Shown in pieces: positions 61,301 to 64,000 of a stretch of 64,000 nt of DNA. Position 1 is the stretch's first letter; every line of letters begins with the position of its first letter. Made by a program: the position numbers and the translations under genes. A model generated the notes under the pieces. The model was not told the origin of the DNA. It saw nothing but the letters and a program-made list of their open reading frames with translations, and did no database searches. The DNA comes from Scyliorhinus canicula (Eukaryota), in the NCBI RefSeq assembly GCF_902713615.1, contig NC_052155.1, forward strand, positions 163,531,828 to 163,595,827, read 5' to 3'.

Positions 61301-62189
61301 AAGTTTGTGTTTGGTTGGTGGTGGTGTATTTATTATGAATTATGCCTTCACACACTCAGGTTATCTCTGCCGTGCCTGTGTGAATCCATCATGGGACTAC
61401 TCTGGCAGTGAGGTATGTGGCTGCGGAACCCTGGTAATCTCAGGAACCTCCTCTTCCTCCTCCTCATCATCCGCTTGGGGCTTTTCACAATAACTTCATT
61501 TGAAGCCGACTTGTGACAATAAGCAATTTTCATTCATTCATCCTCCTTAAAGCTAATTCTCTGATTTTATACACTCTTGACGGTAAAATCAATTCCTTTG
61601 ATCTAGAGCTCTGTGGCCATCCCTTCTGTCCTGTTGAGGCACATTTAACTCTGGCGAAGCGAGCTGCTGTTGTGTTTTGCTGCTGCGGGTGACATTGGTG
61701 TTGTTATTGTTCATCTTCCTCCTGTTATCTCCGGTGTTGCAGCTCCTTTAACTCCTCATTAGAGGTGCATGGTGTAGCTGCATAAGCTGTCCCTGTGCTG
61801 TGCTGAAGGCTGCCAGTAGGGAGGTTCAGATCAAAATGAACAAATTGTGTGAGAGAAATGGCTCCCAAGAAGTTGAAAATCTCCTGTCATGCACTGAAAA
61901 CACACTCTCAAAACAGGTCCCGTGAGCCCTAGCCAATCACCTTCGCAGCACAGCAGCTCTGCAGTTTCCCGGATTCCTGGCTTCCTAGCCTGCCTTTTTC
62001 GTTGACCACTGGCTCCCTGCTGTGCTGCCACCCTGGTGCCAATGGCGAGTCCCACTCAGCTTGGCGAACCCACACACTGGCTGTTTAGGTTTCCCAGAAG
62101 GCCTGAGAATGCACCCCAGCGAAAACTGGAAGTCGTACCCACTCATGCCCTATGAGATTTGGCAAAAAAGTTCACATCACAAACCATTT

Positions 62190-62412
62190 TTAAAAATATT
62201 TAGAATGCCCAATTCATTTTTTTCCAATTAAGGGGCAATTTAGCATGGCCAATCCACCTACCCTGCACATCTTTGGGTTGTGGGGACGAAACCCACGCAA
62301 ACATGGGGAGAATGTGCAAACTCCATACGGATAGTGACCCAGAGCCGGGATCGAACCTGGGACCTCAGCGTCGTGAGACACCAGTGCTAACCACTGCGCC
62401 ACCGTGCTGCCC
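62190..62412 (-). mobile_element. HE1-type SINE (short tail)
   Basis: Head and core. Confidence 0.88.
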
Positions 62413-62937
62413 CCTACATAGCAACTATTGAGTAGTGATCACAAGCCTGTGCCTGTCCACACGCTGGAATACATTCGCAAACACCACTTTATGTTTCTTC
62501 ACATTCCGTGCCACCTTGGCGAAGAGCTACCTATTACTAAATAATGTTGGAGTAGGAAATAAAATTAAACATTTAACACTCACACACACAAGGAATATGT
62601 TTGCTGTATACCATACATTGGACTTTACCTTCCAGACACAAAATTAATTCATCCCATACCACAGCTGGGATTTTCTGCTTAACAAGAAGCAGGTTCATGT
62701 TATGTCAATTCAAGAACCGTGCTGCAGAATGGCATTCTACTTGTTGCCGTTACCGTCTGCAGACTCCTCTCACAACCCTAGATTTTCCTTCTGGAATGTC
62801 ATACATGAGCTACAAGAAGTCAAGTGATTGGCTGGTCTGGTCGCTGAGCACACATTATACAAATGTACAGCTTGTGCAGAGTTAATGTTATGTTAAGCCT
62901 AGCCACTAGAGGGGGCTAAGGGACAGTACTATAAATT

Positions 62938-63240
62938 GGGTAGCACAGTGGTTAGCACCATAGTTTCACAGCTCCAAGGTCCCAGGTTCGATTCCCGGCT
63001 TGGGTCACTGTCTGTGTGGATTCTGCACGTTCTCCCTGTGTCTGCGCGGATTTCCTCTGGGTGCTCCGGGTACCTCCCACAAATCCCGAAATAAGTGCTG
63101 TTAGCTAATTTGGTCATTCAGAATTCCCCCTCTGGGTACCCGAACAGGCGCCGGAATGTGGCAACTCGGGGCTTTTCACAGTAACTTCAATGAAGTGTTA
63201 ATGTAAGCCTACTTGTGACAATAAAGATTATTATGATTAT
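62938..63240 (+). mobile_element. HE1-head SINE with an alternative 3' tail
   Basis: Tail GGCTTTTCACAGTAACTTCA...GCCTACTTGTGACAATAAAGATTATT; TSD TATAAATTG. Confidence 0.85.
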
Positions 63241-64000
63241 AAATTGCACTGGCTCTTAAACTAAGGGTAGGAGATTGGACTGGAGCTGAACAAGATAAAA
63301 TTCATAGTTATAGATGCATAGATGCAGAGTTACTTAAGGTATAATAGTTATAATTAGTAGATAGAGATAGCGTTAGTGAGTGTAGTTTAACTCTTACATG
63401 GATGTTTGCTATTCAGAATAAGAATCAAACTCAAATGTAATAGTGTTAATAAAATTAGTTTACTTCTTCAAAAGAGTTTTGTGTGTCTTTGTGATCACTA
63501 TGCCTTCCATCCTGGAACCCCTCACAAAGATCACCACACAACCCTTTCACATTTTGGGTCTGGGTGGCGATGCTCTGTTTCATAGTTGGCAATCGATCAT
63601 ATTAAAATTTAAAAAGCCGCTCCTGATTCGACGCTAAGGATAATAAATTGTTCTCTCAATTGTAGGAGACAATAGGATGACTGGCACGACAAGCGGAAAT
63701 CTATACTTGGTACATTTGGAAGATGTTTTGTAGTTGTGTTGAAGGTGCTCTGTTGCAGCCAATTAAAGATTGTAAAACTAGACTCCGTAGACCGCAATGC
63801 TGGAAATCAATGCGATAAGTGGATAAGTATTCAGTTCCCCAGAGGTGACATCTATGATCTTCGTGAATAGGGACAAATAAATGGCAGAAAGAATCATCAA
63901 TTTAAAACAAACATGTGAAATTTTCTTTTGAGAGGAAATACATTGAGTGGATGGTACTTGTTTTCCTGTTGCATGACCTTAAGATGTAATCATAACTAGA

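Overview
Eukaryotic vertebrate genomic DNA, very probably a shark or other elasmobranch (inferred from the many HE1/V-SINE-type tRNA-derived SINEs and CR1 LINEs). The window lies inside a + strand NETO1 (neuropilin and tolloid-like 1) gene. Only one exon is visible (41099-41327, 229 bp, second CUB domain). The flanking introns are packed with nested, decayed transposons: several Ty3/Gypsy LTR elements (one with Gmr1-type PR-INT-RT order), solo LTRs, PIF/Harbinger relics with their GC-rich MITEs, CR1 LINEs, Penelope fragments, SINEs and minisatellites. There is one assembly gap (32761-32978). Three observations stand out. (1) A Pack-MULE-like DNA transposon (48767-50100; imperfect TIRs with 14-bp subterminal repeats; perfect 9-bp TSD TTGTGAGAC) carries a genomic cadherin-12 first coding exon with its splice donor and intron. 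(2) A non-autonomous LTR element (33018-36292) carries an intron-less, multi-exon EYA4 cDNA segment bounded by an 8-bp direct repeat and fused in frame to an element ORF. (3) A Gypsy element (7941-10502) has no tRNA PBS; the PBS position is instead complementary to its own LTR (Tf1-like self-priming geometry), and its RT motif is YLDN. Most ORFs in the supplied track are spurious readings of GC-rich repeats. Family and gene assignments come from recognition of motifs, not database searches.
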